Shown: piece by piece, positions 60,880-64,000 of the stretch | Layout: every line of letters starts with the position of its first letter | How positions within the stretch are numbered: the stretch's first letter is position 1 | Assembly: GCA_054600435.1 (NCBI GenBank) | Contig: BAAIJX010000008.1 | Span: 496,001 to 560,000 of the forward strand | Length of the DNA stretch: 64,000 nucleotides | From: Neophaeotheca triangularis | Lineage: Eukaryota | Direction of reading: 5' to 3' | Made by a program: the position numbers and the translations under genes | Notes under the pieces: model-generated | Told to the model about the DNA's origin: nothing | The model's input: the letters and a program-made list of their open reading frames with translations, nothing else | Databases searched by the model: none

Positions 60880-62571
60880 TCACAAGGCACCCCCAACAGC
60901 ATCAACAATCCACATGGCAACCCTAACATGCCACCCAACCCTCCTCTCATTAGACTCAAAGTCCTGCTTCCCAACTGGCTGCGCAAACTCGCCCAGCGCC
61001 CTCTCCTCTTGCCCCAACCGCCGCATCAACCCCTCATTCCGCGTCACAATCAGCGCATTCGCCTCCAAATCCAGCGTATAACTACGCTTGGTATAATTCG
61101 AACTGCCAATAATACTAACACTCGGCTCTCGCTCGCCGGGCAGCGTAACCCACAAGCCCTTGGCATGGTAAGTCCAGCCGCCAGGCTCGCCGACGGTGCC
61201 GCGCCGCCATTCACGCAGCGTAATGCGCTCGTCCAGACCCGCGGAAGTTGCGGCGTGCAGGAAATCTTTGGCCTTGTGCGTGTAAGCTGCGGGCAGCATG
61301 CCGGAGATGCCTTTGCTGCCGTAGAAACCGTTGGCCCAGGGGGAGGCGGCGATGATGTTGGCGCGGGCGGGGTTGGAGCGGAGGAGTAGGTTGCGGAAGG
61401 AGGGCGTCATGTTGAAGTAGCCGGCTGTGAAGGTCCAGCTGCTGTTGGCGAAGGCTGGAGTGGAGAGGGCGGTGAGGATTTTGGTTAGGGCCGGGAGTTC
61501 GGTTGAGGTATCCGGGTGGAGGAGTGGGGTTAGTTGGAGGAGGGGGTAGATTTGGGTGTCTGTGGTTGGGAATTGCGGTCGCGGTGTTGAGGTTGGTTTT
61601 GATAGGGGGGCGAGGGCTTTTGTCGCAGAGGCAATGTAGCCTTTGGGGTTGGATAGAGGGGCTGGTGCTACGTTGCTTTCTGGCCATTGTGTGATGAAGC
61701 CGCTGGGTTTCTTATCGTCTGGTAAGACGCGATAGCTTAGATCGCATGTCGTGCGGTAGACTTGTTCGAAGTACTCGGTGATCTGCTTCGACTTGAAGAG
61801 GTGGTACCGGTCTTGGCGGTTGGTGAAATAGTCGTTGGAGAGGTTGGCACCGGATAGAATGATTTCGTTGTCGACACCATACAGTTTCATGTGTTGCAAA
61901 CCCCAGCCTTCGTTAATGCGCTTTGGGAGTAGCTTCTTACGGAGCCCCGTAAGATTTGGCGTGTGAAACATGCGGATTTCGACACGCTCTGAACCGAAGC
62001 GCTGAACCAGCGAGGCTAAGAGACTGGCGCATGATGGATCTGGCTCTTCTCGGGTGCCTCGGAGGAAGTCTGTCAGGATGGAGACGTTGAGATCAGGGTT
62101 TCGCTCCAAAGAATCTTGAATGGTGGCAATCTAGCCAGAATTAGTTTCTGCCACTGAGACCGCTGGAACAGAACGACCTACCAATTCATGCTCAGCCTTG
62201 CCGATGTATAGCGTCGACAAGTAGATTCTTCTCTTTGCTCCAGCTATCTTTGTCTGGAAAAGGGAAAAAGTTAGTTTGGGAATAGGCTGTAGAGGACGCA
62301 CTCCGCATACCTTTAGCGTCTCGAAAAACTCGGTAGGAGTCTTTAAGATCTCTATGTTATCGGCAGAGACATCAAAGCGAGGCGAGAGCTCATCAAGCTC
62401 ACTGCTGAGGCTTGCTAGAGGAGAAGTAGGGGATGCCATGGTCGTTGGCTGTGACGCTGCACTGGCCGTGCTCGCGCATCGCTTTGGTAGGGAGACATGT
62501 TGTCTGTATGAGGGAGATTGAGAGAGTCGGCCTACAAGCCGGAGACAGCTTGCGGGGCGTCGCGTTATCAT
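60880..62571 (-). CDS. PGS1: Mitochondrial phosphatidylglycerophosphate synthase; 3 exons (introns 62254-62310, 62131-62181)
   Basis: RIYLSTLYIG, DFLRGTR, EGWGLQHMKLYGVD..ILSGANLSNDYFTNRQDRY and WTYHAKGLW..IGSSNY (PLD-type motifs). Confidence 0.95.
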
Positions 62572-62764
62572 CGCATCGTGAAGCAGATGAGCCGAAAGAG
62601 GAAGTGATGTTGCTGTTCCGGCTGCGGAGTTGGGGAGTGCCAAGACATCAGCTTGCGCTCGCTTTGACCTCGTCGCTGGTGGTATGGTGACTTCGACTTT
62701 CACGGCATTGTTGATCTCGCCTTCTAACTACTGAACACAGCCTCACCTGCCACCTCAGCCCATC

Positions 62765-63468
62765 ATGTCGACGATTATGCGTACCCTCCGCAACTTGCGG
62801 AGCATCGGCATCAAGGTGGGCACTTTGGGAGATGTTCCGCGCCGCCGGCCGCAACTAACATAGGACAGGAATACGCCCACCAAATGCAGTACCAGGGTAT
62901 GCGCAGGCACACAAAGTAGTAAGAGAATGGACAGAGGCTGAGAGCAAAATAGGCGATACCAAGCGCGGCACCTTCATCGCCATGGACCGATACGGCAATA
63001 AATACTTTGAGAATCTCGAGGAAGAGCTGCCATGTGAGTTGGAACGGAAGAGTACAAATGAGATACGCAGGAATGGCAGAATCTGACATGGATTTGCAGT
63101 GAGGACGCGCTGGGTGGACTACAAGGACAAGGAGTACGATCCGTCGCAGATAGAACCCGGCTGGTAGGCTTTCACCAAGACCCACGACTGTCCGCTTACC
63201 GGGGAGAAGCTGACTGAGATGTAGGCACGCGTGGATGTCCTACATGGTCGACAAGCCCCCGTCCGAGGACCCGATCATGCAGCGCAAGATCCGTGCTTGG
63301 GAGCCAACGGAGCACAGGCCTGTACTCACTGGTTCGAGGTCGGACTACAAGCCTTACAGCACGTATGTCATGTACCATCAAGAATCCCCATGCAGCGGTG
63401 GATCACTGACGTAAAACAGGGTGAAGAACAAGTACACGCCATGGCAGCCTGTTGCTGCGCCGCGATAG
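62765..63468 (+). CDS. NDUFA12: NADH:ubiquinone oxidoreductase subunit NDUFA12 (B17.2/N7BM); 6 exons, absent from the ORF track
   Basis: Spliced product MSTIMRTLRNLRSIGIK|EYAHQMQYQ|GDTKRGTFIAMDRYGNKYFENLEEELP|LRTRWVDYKDKEYDPSQIEPGW|HAWMSY...YKPYST|VKNKYTPWQPVAAPR; five GT-AG introns. Confidence 0.92.
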
Positions 63469-63633
63469 ATGGAGCAGCTTTGCGTGTTGGGTTTGTGGCG
63501 TTGAAGGAGCAGGATGGGGTATCAGATGTTTAGTCGACTGTACAGATGAGCTTCTATCGACGTCTTACATCCAAGCAGTGAATTCCCAAGCATTTCAAAA
63601 CGCACTTCTGCGGTTCACAAGGTAAGATGGCAC

Positions 63634-64000
63634 CTAAAACTGCCTCCCTTCAATCGTCGTACATCCAGGTGCCATCTCCTCGAGCTTCGTCCGGAGCTCT
63701 GCGTTCCACTTCGCAGCCACGCGCTTCGCATTGTCCGACTCGACATTGGGTCCAATCTGCGTCACTTCCCCATCCATGAGAAACTCCCCGTGCGCCCCCT
63801 TGCCCACATTAGGCCCAATGGCCTGTGCCAGTAGACGACCGCCCGTTGCAGTTGTACGGCCAATAGTAGAATAAGCTAGCCCAAGGGCCAGCTGGCCAAC
63901 GTACGAATTCACATCCCTCATGATGGTGCTCCTGCAGAATCCGGGCGTCATAATGTTGATAATGACCTTTGACTTCTCATCGTCGACGGGGAAAGCCTCC
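63634..64000 (-). CDS. 3' end of a short-chain dehydrogenase/reductase (retinol-dehydrogenase-like), truncated by the window edge
   Basis: VIINIMTPGFCRSTIMRD...GRTTATGGRLL...HGEFLMD matches the C-terminal pattern of fungal SDRs. Confidence 0.75.
   Translation of the reverse strand, partial: EAFPVDDEKSKVIINIMTPGFCRSTIMRDVNSYVGQLALGLAYSTIGRTTATGGRLLAQAIGPNVGKGAHGEFLMDGEVTQIGPNVESDNAKRVAAKWNAELRTKLEEMAPGCTTIEGRQF

Noticed and set aside
12674..62310. Apparent excess of stop-free 3n introns (GH55, TIM13, SAC3, DUF2841, YCF1, PGS1)
   Set aside because: About 6 of ~33 short introns is roughly what chance would give.

Overview
Eukaryotic (filamentous ascomycete, probably Dothideomycete-like; inferred) genomic DNA with two sharply separated compartments. 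(1) Positions 1 to ~8,900 are an AT-rich, TpA-saturated block bearing the signature of repeat-induced point mutation (RIP). It holds the 3' two-thirds of a chromodomain-bearing Ty3/Gypsy LTR retrotransposon (protease end, RT, RNase H, integrase, chromodomain, PPT, 3' LTR 3858-4276), which carries a fossil ~199-codon antisense ORF with a Zn2Cys6-like motif. The element is inserted into a RIP-destroyed ~1000-codon gene with a Gln/Pro-rich domain. Beyond that lie a probable second LTR with a 19-bp tandem array, a 21-bp-type minisatellite and short terminal repeats. (2) Positions ~8,900-64,000 are gene-dense euchromatin with about 19 mostly intron-containing genes: a bacterial-like cyclase/KynB-family hydrolase with a probable mitochondrial presequence, GH55 exo-beta-1,3-glucanase, an orphan with a duplicated His/Cys motif, a small orphan, DRS2 flippase, MRPL7, a CYLD-like USP, TIM13, a 3-exon orphan, SAC3/GANP, a DUF2841/YDR124W-like protein, YCF1-like and YBT1-like ABCC transporters, a small membrane protein, NUC1/EndoG, a degenerate BTB-like protein, PGS1, NDUFA12 and a partial SDR. 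No rRNA, tRNA or CRISPR array was seen. All exon structures and de-RIP reconstructions were read by eye and need computational confirmation.
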